This document shows positions 1 to 9,651 of a stretch of DNA of 64,000 nucleotides, in pieces (positions within the stretch are counted from its first letter, which is position 1; each line of letters opens with the position of its first letter). Origin of the DNA: Minisyncoccota bacterium (GTDB taxonomy: Bacteria; Patescibacteriota; Minisyncoccia; UBA6257; 2-01-FULL-56-20); assembly GCA_035509435.1 (NCBI GenBank), contig DATJLR010000002.1:209677-273676 (forward strand), read 5' to 3'. A program made the translations under genes and the position numbers. The notes beneath the pieces are model-generated. The model was not told where the DNA came from and did not search any database. It worked only from the letters and a program-made list of their open reading frames with translations.

Positions 1-744
1 GCGGTCAAATTATGGCGGCAGGTGATCGGCTCCATGAAGGGCAACGTCATATCGCTCGGCTTCCAGTTTTTGCCGGAGATGTGGATGGTGCTCCGCGGCG
101 GCATGCCGAAGATGATCATGCTCGTGGAACTCACGGGCAATGATGAGAACGAGCTGAACGCAGAGCTCGCCACGCTTGCCGCCGCGGTGCGCAAGTTCGC
201 GCAAACGCACAAGGGCATCCAGGTGCTGCCGCTCAAGAACGAGAAGCAGGAGCAGAAATACTGGACGATCCGCCGCGAAAGCTTTGCGCTTCTACACAAC
301 AACACAACAGGCAAGGACACCGCGCCCTTTATCGACGACTTCATCGTAAAGCCGGAGTACATGCCGGAGGTTCTGCCCAAAGTGAACGCCATCCTTGAGA
401 AGTATAAAAAAGACCTTATCTACACGATCGCGGGCCATCCTGGCAACGGCAATTTCCATATCATCCCGCTCATGAACCTAAAGGACGAACGCGTCCGCGC
501 GCTGATCCCCAAGATCTCCGAGGAGGTATATCGGCTCGTCTTCAAATATCATGGTTCCATCACCGCCGAGCACAACGATGGCCTGATCCGCACGCCATAC
601 CTGGAGGAAATGTACGGCCCCAAGATCGAGGAGTTATTTATAGAGGTAAAAAAGATCTTTGACCCGCTGGGCATCTTCAATCCTGGCAAAAAAGTGGGCG
701 GCAGTCTGAAGTATAGCGAGGAGCATATCGCGTCGACGCAGTAA
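1..744 (+). CDS. FAD-linked oxidase (GlcD/D-lactate dehydrogenase family), C-terminal part; 5'-partial, continues upstream of the window
   Basis: The open frame runs from base 1 (AVKLWRQVIGSM...). The C-terminal domain resembles FAD-oxidase_C of glycolate oxidase GlcD / D-LDH (…HIIPLMNL…GSITAEHNDGLIRTPYL…FDPLGIFNPGK). Confidence 0.6.
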   Translation, partial: AVKLWRQVIGSMKGNVISLGFQFLPEMWMVLRGGMPKMIMLVELTGNDENELNAELATLAAAVRKFAQTHKGIQVLPLKNEKQEQKYWTIRRESFALLHNNTTGKDTAPFIDDFIVKPEYMPEVLPKVNAILEKYKKDLIYTIAGHPGNGNFHIIPLMNLKDERVRALIPKISEEVYRLVFKYHGSITAEHNDGLIRTPYLEEMYGPKIEELFIEVKKIFDPLGIFNPGKKVGGSLKYSEEHIASTQ

Positions 745-809
745 AAAAGTGCGGTCGGGCGGTTTCCATCTTTAATATTTCTTTAATCCACTTTTGCTAA
801 GGTGGAGAG

Positions 810-1778
810 GTGAGGACGCCTGCCCGCACCATCTCATACTTCCTGTCGCTTGCCGCCATCGCTGCGATATTTTTCAGCGTGGAGTTTTTCACGGAGAAAT
901 ATTTCTATCCGAACGATGAGGTGGTGGATATCCTTGCGGCGATCATCGGAGCTCTGTCGTTCGCGCCATGCAAGCGTATTTTCGATCGGGTGACGGACAG
1001 TGTGTTCTCGCGCGGCCCGCGCGACGCGCACGCGGAGTTCTTCCTGAACGTTTCGCACGAGCTGCAGACGCCGCTTGCGATCCTGCGCGGCAACGTGGAA
1101 CTGCTCCAGCGGCGCGGCATCACGGACGCGGAGCGCGCGGCGTCCGAGCGCGTGATCATGTCGACGCTCGACGGCATGTCGCACTTGATCGGTGGCGTGC
1201 TCGAGGGCGCAAAAGCGCGGTCCTCGCGCGTATCGCTCGCCGAGAAATATGTTTCCGTCGGGCCGTTGATGCAGGAAGCGTACGAGGACTGCCTTTTGCT
1301 CGCGGAGGATCGCGGCATAACGCTCTCGGCCGATGCGGAAGACAATATCTTTGTGCGCGGCGACCGGGGAAAGCTCAAAGAGGTATTGCTCAACCTTGTG
1401 AGCAACGCGCTCAAGCACACGCCGCGCGGCGGCACGATCATGCTGCGGGCGGAGAATGCCGGAACCGCCGCGTGGATCGCGGTAGAGGATACGGGCTGCG
1501 GCATAGCCCCGGAAGATCTGCCTCACATCTTCGAGCGGTTCTACCGGATCCACCAGCCCGCGGATTCCGTGCCGGGCACCGGCCTCGGCCTCAATATCTG
1601 CCGTGAGATCGTGGAGGCGCATGGCGGTACGATAAGCGCCGAGAGCGAGTTCGGAAAGGGGAGCCGGTTCATCGTCCACATCCCGCTGTCGGTGCCATCC
1701 GCGCCGCCGGGACGAGGTCCGGCGGCGGCCACAGGCGTCCACGCCGCGCGCGACATTTCTGCTATAATTAACTCATGA
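810..1778 (+). CDS. sensor histidine kinase (HisKA + HATPase_c)
   Basis: GTG start. N-terminal TM segment. H-box HELQTPLAILRGNVELL. G-boxes DTGCGIAPEDL and GTGLGLNICREIVEAHGG. No response regulator gene is adjacent. Confidence 0.8.
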   Translation: MRTPARTISYFLSLAAIAAIFFSVEFFTEKYFYPNDEVVDILAAIIGALSFAPCKRIFDRVTDSVFSRGPRDAHAEFFLNVSHELQTPLAILRGNVELLQRRGITDAERAASERVIMSTLDGMSHLIGGVLEGAKARSSRVSLAEKYVSVGPLMQEAYEDCLLLAEDRGITLSADAEDNIFVRGDRGKLKEVLLNLVSNALKHTPRGGTIMLRAENAGTAAWIAVEDTGCGIAPEDLPHIFERFYRIHQPADSVPGTGLGLNICREIVEAHGGTISAESEFGKGSRFIVHIPLSVPSAPPGRGPAAATGVHAARDISAIINS

Positions 1779-2548
1779 CCCAAACCACTATGGCCTCCAA
1801 AAAACTGTATTCCCAGCCGGCGTCCGGCGACCTTGTTCTCGTTGACGGCGATGGCGCGCAGGATAAACAATATGTGCTCAAACTGCGCGACCTTCCCGCC
1901 GACGAAAAGCCGCGCGAGAAGCTCGTCAAGTACGGCCCGTCGGTGCTCTCGCTCGCGGAGCTGTTCGCCGTCGTGCTGAATGTCGGCACAAAAAAGGAAG
2001 AGGTGCTCACTATGTCGCGCCGCTTGCTCAAAGAATACGGCGACAGCGCGATCGTCAACCAAAAAGATCCGGCCAAGATCAGCGAAATGCTCGGCATCCC
2101 GCTCGGCAAAGCGTGCCAGGTCGTCGCCACGTTCGAGCTCGGCCGCCGGTTCTTCAAAGCGCCGGATGGCCGCAAGCCGCTCATGATCCGCACCGCGAGC
2201 CAGGTCTACGAATATTTAAAAGACATGAAAGACCTGCCGAAGGAGCACCTGCGCGGCCTGTATCTTGACTCGCACTACCAGTTGATCCACGACGAGGTCG
2301 TTTCCATCGGCACGCTCACCTCGAACATCATCCATCCGCGGGAGGTGTTTCGCCCCGCGCTCGAGTACTCCGCGTCCGCGGTGATCCTCGCGCACAACCA
2401 TCCCTCCGGCGTCGCCAAGGCGAGCGACGCGGACATCGCGATCACGCGCCAGATCGTGGAAGCGGGAAAGATCCTCGGCATCTCGCTCCTCGATCACGTC
2501 ATCATCACCAAGAACAAGTTCGAGAGCGTGCCGGTGGAATACGAGTAG
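1775..2548 (+). CDS. radC: RadC-like JAB/MPN domain protein
   Basis: Has the JAMM motif HNHPSG and a RadC-like HhH N-terminal region. Its start overlaps the histidine kinase stop by 4 nt. Confidence 0.8.
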   Translation: MTQTTMASKKLYSQPASGDLVLVDGDGAQDKQYVLKLRDLPADEKPREKLVKYGPSVLSLAELFAVVLNVGTKKEEVLTMSRRLLKEYGDSAIVNQKDPAKISEMLGIPLGKACQVVATFELGRRFFKAPDGRKPLMIRTASQVYEYLKDMKDLPKEHLRGLYLDSHYQLIHDEVVSIGTLTSNIIHPREVFRPALEYSASAVILAHNHPSGVAKASDADIAITRQIVEAGKILGISLLDHVIITKNKFESVPVEYE

Positions 2549-2589
2549 TCGCCCTTTTTGCCGGGCAAATTTTCTGCTATAATCTCCCT

Positions 2590-3348
2590 ATGGTGGATTT
2601 CTCGCATCTCACGAAAGCCTATAAAAAGAAAGTGGTCGTGGACGACTTCACACTTTCCGTAGACGTGCCGATCTTCGGCTTTTTGGGGCAGAACGGCGCG
2701 GGAAAGACGACGATCATGAAGATGATCGTGGGGCTGCTCGAGCCCACGAGCGGTTCGATCACGATCGACGGGGCGCTCTCGTCGCACCCGATATTCAAAA
2801 AGAAGCTGGGCTATATGCCGGAGACGCCGTACTTTTACGAGCGCATGACGGGCATGGAATTTTTGCGCTTTTGCGACGAGCTCTTTGAGCCGTCGGGCGG
2901 CAAAACGCCGCAGTATGAGGAAATTTTAAAGAAAGTGGGGATCTATGCCGCGCGCAACGCGGAGATCCGGACGTATTCCAAGGGCATGCGCCAGCGCCTC
3001 GGCTTCGCCCAATCGCTCGTGAACGATCCGGAATATTTATTTTTGGACGAGCCGCTCGACGGCCTCGACCCGATCGGCCGCCGCGAAATGAAAGAGGTGA
3101 TGCTCGCGCTCAAACACGAGGGCCGCAGGATATTTTTGAACACCCACATCCTCGCTGACGTGGAGGAGATCTGCGACGAGGTGGGGATCGTGCATAAAGG
3201 CAAATTGCTTTACGCCGGATCGGTAAAGGCATTCTGCGCCGGCAAGCCGCTCGAGGAGCGCTTCATGGAGGCAGTGCAGCAGCATGAGATGCAGGAGCGG
3301 CTGGGGCCGACCGCCGATGCGCCGCGGGCGTCAACCTCGGCAAAATAA
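2590..3348 (+). CDS. ABC transporter ATP-binding protein
   Basis: Walker A GQNGAGKTT, signature-like YSKGMRQRLGFAQ and Walker B LFLDEP. Confidence 0.85.
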   Translation: MVDFSHLTKAYKKKVVVDDFTLSVDVPIFGFLGQNGAGKTTIMKMIVGLLEPTSGSITIDGALSSHPIFKKKLGYMPETPYFYERMTGMEFLRFCDELFEPSGGKTPQYEEILKKVGIYAARNAEIRTYSKGMRQRLGFAQSLVNDPEYLFLDEPLDGLDPIGRREMKEVMLALKHEGRRIFLNTHILADVEEICDEVGIVHKGKLLYAGSVKAFCAGKPLEERFMEAVQQHEMQERLGPTADAPRASTSAK

Positions 3349-3366
3349 TCCTACGATCACCCCCCC

Positions 3367-4131
3367 ATGAGAAACATTTGGATAATCGCAAAGAATACGC
3401 TGAAGCTCGAGATCCGGGACAAGATCCTGTACGGCATCATTATCTTCGGCCTGCTCTACGTGCTCTTCAGTTTGTTCATGGCGGACCTGGTGCTCAAGGA
3501 AATTCCGATGGTGAAGGCGTTCGGCCTTACGGGGATCTACTTCTTTAACGCCATCATCGCGCTCTTCCTCGGCACAACGTCGTTCTTCAAAGACGTGGAC
3601 CGCAGGGTGGTGTACTTCATCCTTTCAAAACCCGTATCCCGCGCGCAATTCCTGCTCGGCAAGTTCCTGGGGCTCTGTCTGGTGCTGCTCCTTACGAGCG
3701 CGATCCTCGGCGTTGCGTACGTCGGCGTCGTGCTCTACGAGCATGGCGGGTTCGACTGGATCGGGCTGGGGGCGATCGGGATGCAGTTCCTGGAGATGGC
3801 GCTTTTCCTCGCGTTCGCGATCTTTGTGTCCACATTTTCGAGCTCGGTCATTTCCATCGTGTACACTTCCGCGGTGTTCTTCCTCGGCCATATCGTGAGC
3901 CAGCTCGTCACGGACGCGAAGGCCATCAACCTCGGCGGCATCCGGCTGTGGCTCGTGGAGATCCTCTATTATATATTCCCCAACCTGGAAAAGTTCGACG
4001 CGCGGGATTTTGCGATCCACGTCGTCGCCATTCCGTGGACCGAATTCGCGCTCGCGCTCGCCTATGCCGTTGTATATGCCGTCGTGCTCCTTGGCGCGGC
4101 GATCTGGATATTCGATAAGAAGGAGCTATAG
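3367..4131 (+). CDS. ABC-2 type transporter permease
   Basis: Polytopic hydrophobic 254-aa protein immediately downstream of the ABC ATPase. Confidence 0.7.
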   Translation: MRNIWIIAKNTLKLEIRDKILYGIIIFGLLYVLFSLFMADLVLKEIPMVKAFGLTGIYFFNAIIALFLGTTSFFKDVDRRVVYFILSKPVSRAQFLLGKFLGLCLVLLLTSAILGVAYVGVVLYEHGGFDWIGLGAIGMQFLEMALFLAFAIFVSTFSSSVISIVYTSAVFFLGHIVSQLVTDAKAINLGGIRLWLVEILYYIFPNLEKFDARDFAIHVVAIPWTEFALALAYAVVYAVVLLGAAIWIFDKKEL

Positions 4132-4134
4132 CGC

Positions 4135-5007
4135 ATGATGGCACGGCTGAACAACGGATACACGAAGGTCGCGGTGTTCATCCTGCTGCTCGGGCTCGTG
4201 GCCTTACTTCAGCTTGAGTATGATGCGGTGAAGGTAACCCTGCCCGCGTCGTCGGAGCAGGACGTGTCGCCGTTCATGGTGCGGCTGCTCGACATGGGCT
4301 TCCATCCGGCGGTCGCGTCGTTCCTGTGGGCAACGACGATGCCGGAGATCCTCGATCTCTGGAACGGCAAGACGGAATATTTCACCGATCTCGCGTTCGT
4401 GAACGCCGTCGACCCCAAGCTGAGCTATCCGTACGCGTTCTCGGTGCTCACGCTCACGGCAGTGCCGTCACAGGACGATCCCGACGCGATAGCGCAATCG
4501 ACGGCGATCGGCGAAGAGGGGATCGCGAACGGCGATCCGGACTGGCGCATCCCGTACTATATGGCGACGAACGAATTTTTGTACGCGAAGGACGACGCCG
4601 CCGCCGCGAAATATTATGATATGGCCGCGAACACGCTGGGTGTGCCGCAGTACGCCGCGCGGTTCTCGTTGAACTTCGGCATCGAGACGGACCAGCGCGC
4701 GAAAACGGAGCAGTTGTGGGAGACCATCAAAGATTCCACGAACGACCCGGATGAGAAGGCGCGCGCGCAGGCGTACATCGACCACCTGGAGGACTTTGAT
4801 TATCTGGACGCCGCCTCAAAGGCGTACAAGGCAAAATTCGGCGTCTATCCGACGTCCACCGACGAACTCGTGGCCAAGGGCATCATTCCGTCCGTACCCG
4901 TTGACCCCTTCGGATTCACGTTCATCATCAACTCCGATGGCACGTCGGCGATCGATCTTGCGACGAGCGCATTGCCGTCATATATCCTCGCGGAACCGTC
5001 CCAGTAG
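4135..5007 (+). CDS. hypothetical secreted/membrane-anchored protein
   Basis: N-terminal TM/signal segment (VAVFILLLGLVALL) and an acidic soluble domain. Directly follows the ABC transporter genes. Confidence 0.5.
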   Translation: MMARLNNGYTKVAVFILLLGLVALLQLEYDAVKVTLPASSEQDVSPFMVRLLDMGFHPAVASFLWATTMPEILDLWNGKTEYFTDLAFVNAVDPKLSYPYAFSVLTLTAVPSQDDPDAIAQSTAIGEEGIANGDPDWRIPYYMATNEFLYAKDDAAAAKYYDMAANTLGVPQYAARFSLNFGIETDQRAKTEQLWETIKDSTNDPDEKARAQAYIDHLEDFDYLDAASKAYKAKFGVYPTSTDELVAKGIIPSVPVDPFGFTFIINSDGTSAIDLATSALPSYILAEPSQ

Positions 5008-5058
5008 GACAATGAAAAACACCCTCGCGCCTTTACGCGGGGGTGTCTTTCATATCAT

Positions 5059-5943
5059 TTACTCGTAGATGGTTCCCGTCGCCGTGCTGGTGGACGATGC
5101 GGGAGGGCATCCCGCAGTGCTTGTCGCGCCTGCCGGTATCATCGGGCAGGCAGCAGGGAGCGTTGCCGTGGAAGAGACGGTCGTTGTGGCCATCCCGAGT
5201 TCCGCTTCAAGCTGGATCGCGAGCGTTTCCAGTTGGTTCAATTCCGCCTGGAGCTCCGCGGTCGTGCTTGTTCCTGCCGTTATACCCGCCCCTGTCGTCA
5301 CCGTGCCGCCCGCGGATGATCGCGAGAGGTCGCGCACGATCTCTGCGTCCATCGTGCCGGTGCCGTCATAGTAGCCGTACACGTTGATCGCGTCTCCCGG
5401 CATGATGTTCGCGACCGCCATCGGCGTCCGGTCGTTTGCTTCCACCTGGGTCGCCGCGTCCACTACGACCGCATACGGATTATAGTAGGCGGGAGACGAG
5501 GTGGTGGAGGTCGGCGTCATCATGGGCGTCGCCACCGGACAGGCCACCGACGTTCCGATAGGCGAACTGTCCGTGATGAACTGTTCGCACGCCGCGCCGG
5601 ATGGCGGCACGGTCGCCATGACCTGCGTCACCGAAGTGCCCGATGCCGTCGTTCCAATGGATGCCACGGCCAGGCCGCTCATCTGCATATATTCCGCTGA
5701 GAGCGGATTTACGGCAGGCAAGGGCGCCGCGACCGTGGATGTCGCCGTCGCGGTCATCGCGGTGGACGTGCTTGACGATGCGGCCACGGTGGATGACGTG
5801 GTTGTTGTCGCGTTGATCACCGATGAGCTCGGTGTCGTGGTGCTTCCTGCGGGAAAAAGTTGCGCGTTGGCGATGCCGCCCGCCGCAACCATGATCCCGA
5901 ACGCCGCAATGATCGCGGCCATCATCATTATTTTTTTATACAT
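5059..5943 (-). CDS. Thr/Ser/Ala-rich secreted low-complexity (mucin-like) protein
   Basis: Signal peptide MYKKIMMMAAIIAAFGIMVAAGGIANA, long T/S/A tracts, and a short coiled-coil ELQAELNQLETLAIQLEAEL near the C-terminus. Confidence 0.55.
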   Translation of the reverse strand: MYKKIMMMAAIIAAFGIMVAAGGIANAQLFPAGSTTTPSSSVINATTTTSSTVAASSSTSTAMTATATSTVAAPLPAVNPLSAEYMQMSGLAVASIGTTASGTSVTQVMATVPPSGAACEQFITDSSPIGTSVACPVATPMMTPTSTTSSPAYYNPYAVVVDAATQVEANDRTPMAVANIMPGDAINVYGYYDGTGTMDAEIVRDLSRSSAGGTVTTGAGITAGTSTTAELQAELNQLETLAIQLEAELGMATTTVSSTATLPAACPMIPAGATSTAGCPPASSTSTATGTIYE

Positions 5944-6103
5944 CGCATATATTATTTTTTTGACGTGATCGAAGACCTTTAGGCGGCGGCCGTATTATGG
6001 GGAACGAAACCGTCGCCACTAGGTATTACGTGACCAAAATGGAAATAATTACAATGATTCCGGGCGCCGCCCCTCGTTGATTTTTTAATGAAATTTTCAT
6101 ATA

Positions 6104-7141
6104 GTGAGAGCAATGAAACTCTCCATCGGCATCGTCGGGCTTCCGAACGTGGGCAAGTCGACGCTTTTCAAGATGCTTACGCGGCAGGATATCACGATCG
6201 CGAACTATCCGTTCGCCACGATCGATCCGAATGTCGGCGTCGTTCCCGTCCCCGACGAGCGCCTGGAAAAATTGAACGCGCTTTCCGCCTCGCGCAAGAA
6301 AATTCCCGCAGTCGTGGAATTCTTCGACATCGCGGGCCTTGTGAAAGGCGCCAACAAGGGCGAGGGACTGGGCAACGACTTCCTTGACGACATCCATCTC
6401 ACGCAGGCGATCGTCATGGTCGTCCGCGCGTTCGAGAATCCGGATATCATCCACGTGGAGAATTCCGTTGACCCCGTCCGCGACATCGACGTGATCAACC
6501 TGGAGCTGATGCTGAAGGACCTCGCGGCCGTGGACAAGCGCCTGCTTCGCGTGGAAGCCGAGGCGCGCGCGGGCAAGAAGGAGGCGTTGCACGACAAGGA
6601 GATCTTGGAACGGTTCAAGAAGTCGCTCGAGAGCGGCGTGCTGCCGGTGAGCAATGCGGAACTGTTGCACGACATCAAGAACGATCCGCGCTTTGGCGAC
6701 CTGCGCCTGCTCACCGCAAAGCGGCAGCTGTACCTGATCAACGGCAAGCCGGAAGATGCTTCAAAAGAATTGCTTGAGAAGATCACCGCGCTCGGTGCGG
6801 AACACCTCGTTGTCGATCTTTCGTCGCCCGACGTGGAGTCAAAAGGCATCCCGGACCTCGTCAAAAAGGCGTATCACACGCTCGACCTCATCAGTTTCTT
6901 TACGACCGGCGAGGATGAGACGCGCGCGTGGACGATCGAGCGGGGGACGAAGGCGCCGCAGGCGGCGGGCGTCATCCACACCGATTTTGAGGAGAAGTTC
7001 ATCCGCATGGAAGTGGTGCCCACAGACAAGCTGCTTGAGGCAGGCGGCTGGAGTAAGGCCAAGCAAAAAGGATGGCTTCGCGTGGAAGGGAAGGAATACG
7101 TGGTAAACGACGGCGACGTTATAGAGGTCCGCCACGGGTAG
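6104..7141 (+). CDS. ychF: ribosome-binding ATPase YchF (Obg-family GTPase with TGS domain)
   Basis: IGIVGLPNVGKSTLF P-loop and a C-terminal TGS domain (KEYVVNDGDVIEVRHG). An alternative start at ATG 6113 is possible. Confidence 0.9.
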   Translation: MRAMKLSIGIVGLPNVGKSTLFKMLTRQDITIANYPFATIDPNVGVVPVPDERLEKLNALSASRKKIPAVVEFFDIAGLVKGANKGEGLGNDFLDDIHLTQAIVMVVRAFENPDIIHVENSVDPVRDIDVINLELMLKDLAAVDKRLLRVEAEARAGKKEALHDKEILERFKKSLESGVLPVSNAELLHDIKNDPRFGDLRLLTAKRQLYLINGKPEDASKELLEKITALGAEHLVVDLSSPDVESKGIPDLVKKAYHTLDLISFFTTGEDETRAWTIERGTKAPQAAGVIHTDFEEKFIRMEVVPTDKLLEAGGWSKAKQKGWLRVEGKEYVVNDGDVIEVRHG

Positions 7142-7151
7142 AAGGATAGGA

Positions 7152-7637
7152 CTATGCGCGATACTCTTTTTCCGTCGCGATGATCTTTTTTGCGAGCTGT
7201 TCGAAATGCTCCAAATAGCGCTTGTCTTTGCGCCGCTCGCGGTTCCGTACGACGTATTCTTGTATCTCCCCATTCTCCCACGCCCGGGCGATGTAGTTGC
7301 CGAACATCTCGTCCACAAGGTCGAGCGACACGATGCCTCCCGCGATGAACCGTTCGATCATCTCAAAGTAGCGCAGGTAGGCGTGGATGTCGTATTCCGT
7401 GAACTCGCCGCCGTTCTTTTGGAAGACCGGCTGATGCTCCTCGATCGCTTTGATGATCTTGCGGTTCGTCGGGTTTTCGTAAAAGAATTCGCGGTTGAGC
7501 CGCGCGATGAAATCCGCGTTACTTTGGCTGCGGATCTTGTTCACCTGATAATAGGCCACGTAAAGCAGGCCGAGGGTGGCAAGGAACAGTCCCACTTGGG
7601 AAACGGTATTCACGACATCCAAAGTGCCGGGAGTCAT
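7152..7637 (-). CDS. hypothetical membrane-anchored protein
   Basis: 161-aa ORF with an N-terminal TM helix, divergent from the next gene. Confidence 0.45.
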   Translation of the reverse strand: MTPGTLDVVNTVSQVGLFLATLGLLYVAYYQVNKIRSQSNADFIARLNREFFYENPTNRKIIKAIEEHQPVFQKNGGEFTEYDIHAYLRYFEMIERFIAGGIVSLDLVDEMFGNYIARAWENGEIQEYVVRNRERRKDKRYLEHFEQLAKKIIATEKEYRA

Positions 7638-7703
7638 GCTTTAAGTATATCAAAATCGTCTCATTTCGTAATTTTTTAATGTACGGATTGGTATAATGGT
7701 TCT

Positions 7704-8336
7704 ATGCGGCCATTTCCTAAATCCGTCCTTGAGCAATACCCCAAGGAATTTTCGGTGTTCAAAAAGCTGCGCACGCCGGGCGATGTACAGGATCTTTTGA
7801 ACGCGCTCAAGATGAACTTCGAGACCACGCATGAGCGGTGCCGGTCGCCGCTGCTCGTTTTGCGCGACGGCAAAGCGCATTGCATGGAAGGCGCGCTTCT
7901 TGGCGCCGCCGCGCTGTGGAATCAGGGCCACCCACCGCTCTTGCTCGATCTCAAGACCGCCGATCCGGACGTGGACCATGTCATCGCGCTGTTCAAAGAC
8001 GGCGACCGGTGGGGCGCCGTCAGCAAGACGAATCACGCCGTTTTGCGTTACCGCGATCCCATCTTTATGAACGTGCGCGAGCTCGTGATGTCATACTTCA
8101 ATGAATATTTTTTGGACAGCGGCGTGAAGACCCTGCGCAGCTACTCCGCCGTGCCATTCAGCATGCTGCGCTACGGGGTGAAGTGGCTGACGACCGAGGA
8201 TGACCTGGACGACGCAGTCGTCGCGCTCGACCATGCGCGCCACACTCCGATTTTTAAAAAAGGCGCCGAACGGCGCCTGCGCCGCGCGGAGCCGGTGGAG
8301 ATCAAGGCAGGGAAGATCGTGGAGTGGAAGGTTTAG
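7704..8336 (+). CDS. hypothetical protein with a possible Cys-His-Asp triad
   Basis: 210-aa ORF. It carries a conserved-looking C (AHCMEG), H (DHVIALF) and D arrangement that recalls papain/transglutaminase-like folds. This is inference only. Confidence 0.45.
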   Translation: MRPFPKSVLEQYPKEFSVFKKLRTPGDVQDLLNALKMNFETTHERCRSPLLVLRDGKAHCMEGALLGAAALWNQGHPPLLLDLKTADPDVDHVIALFKDGDRWGAVSKTNHAVLRYRDPIFMNVRELVMSYFNEYFLDSGVKTLRSYSAVPFSMLRYGVKWLTTEDDLDDAVVALDHARHTPIFKKGAERRLRRAEPVEIKAGKIVEWKV

Positions 8337-8373
8337 CATTTTCATGAGAAGATTGATTTGTTATACTTGAAAT

Positions 8374-9648
8374 ATGAGTCCTCTCGAGAGACATAGTTCC
8401 ATGCGAACTGAGGCCGCTTTTACTCTCATCGAGCTTCTCGTCGTGATCGCGATCATCGCCATTCTCGCGGTGGTCGTCGTGCTGACACTCAACCCGGCCG
8501 AGCTCCTGCGCCAGAGCAGAGACTCCAATCGATTGTCTGACCTCAGCACCATAAGTGACGCAGTGAACCTCTATAACACGGATCAAGGGGGAAACTCTTC
8601 CTACACCTTGGGGGTCGCCTCCGATACTTATCTTTCGATCCTCGATCCCACGGCTACATCCACGACATCAGGAAATCAATGTTCGGGAATTGGCGTCGCG
8701 AGTGCTCCCGGGACCTACAGTTATCATTGCTCAGCGAGCAGCACATATCGTAATATCAACGCAACCGGCTGGATCCCGGTCAATTTTTCGACGCTTTCCG
8801 CGGGATCTCCCATATCAAGTCTTCCTATCGATCCAATCAATCAGACAAGCTCCGACCTCTATTACACCTATCAGACGAACGGAAGCCTATACAAGATCAC
8901 CGCTTTCATGGAATCGAGTAAATATGCGAAAGCTGGCATTATGGATGGAGGCACCGATCCTACCGTTGCAGAATCAGGTTCGGGGGTTGCGGCCATTCCC
9001 GACGTGGGAAGAGGCCTTATAGGTGACTGGCCGCTCAATGAAGGGGCTGGGGGTGCTGCGATTGATTGGGGCGGCGGAATGAACAACGGGACGTGGGGCG
9101 GTACACAGGCCGGAAGTTCGACGTATTATGGCTCTGGCAATAATGTGTTCCAATGGTCCGGATATTTCAATGGAACCAACGATTATGTGAGCGGTGCAGG
9201 CCTTGTTAGTTTTGGAAGTAGCGCCAATGGCACTATCCTGGCATGGATCAAGCCGTCTTCGTTGCCGGCTACCCAGACGATCCTGAGGCAAGGATTGCTT
9301 GGACAGTGTTATAGTTATGCCGCGTCCCTTCGTGGATCGACGCTCTATTCGGGCGATACTAACGGCGACTTTCTGCTTGGAGGTACGATCGCCACCGGAA
9401 CATGGCAACAGATTGCGGTCGTATTCACTCCCAGCGGGTCGCAAGGGTTTGTGAACGGAGCTGCCGTAGGCAGTAATGCGGACGGCCCTACCAATTGTAG
9501 TTCCGCCCAGAATTATTTTGCCATCGGCGTACAGGGGTATAATGCATCGTCGGCGCTGTTCTTTTCCGGATCGATGAGCGACGTACGTGTGTACGCGCGC
9601 GCCCTTTCATCGGGCGAGATCCAGCAGATCTATAATGCAGAGAAATAG
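8374..9648 (+). CDS. type IV pilin-like protein with a C-terminal LamG/ConA-like lectin domain
   Basis: Prepilin-type N-terminal methylation motif FTLIELLVVIAIIAILAVVVVLTLNP. C-terminal LamG signature (…SMSDVRVYARALSSGEIQQIYN). Paralog of the ORF at 57712-58998. Confidence 0.8.
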   Translation: MSPLERHSSMRTEAAFTLIELLVVIAIIAILAVVVVLTLNPAELLRQSRDSNRLSDLSTISDAVNLYNTDQGGNSSYTLGVASDTYLSILDPTATSTTSGNQCSGIGVASAPGTYSYHCSASSTYRNINATGWIPVNFSTLSAGSPISSLPIDPINQTSSDLYYTYQTNGSLYKITAFMESSKYAKAGIMDGGTDPTVAESGSGVAAIPDVGRGLIGDWPLNEGAGGAAIDWGGGMNNGTWGGTQAGSSTYYGSGNNVFQWSGYFNGTNDYVSGAGLVSFGSSANGTILAWIKPSSLPATQTILRQGLLGQCYSYAASLRGSTLYSGDTNGDFLLGGTIATGTWQQIAVVFTPSGSQGFVNGAAVGSNADGPTNCSSAQNYFAIGVQGYNASSALFFSGSMSDVRVYARALSSGEIQQIYNAEK

Positions 9649-9651
9649 ATA

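Noticed and set aside
834-1742. Long antisense ORFs in the track (e.g. 834-1742 -, 6026-6670 -, 24570-25607 -, 37524-39071 -, 59128-60399 -, 61514-62560 -)
   Set aside because: They lie opposite genes that have clear, motif-supported products. They are Arg/Ala-rich with no motifs, which is the typical spurious-ORF pattern on the antisense strand of high-GC coding DNA.
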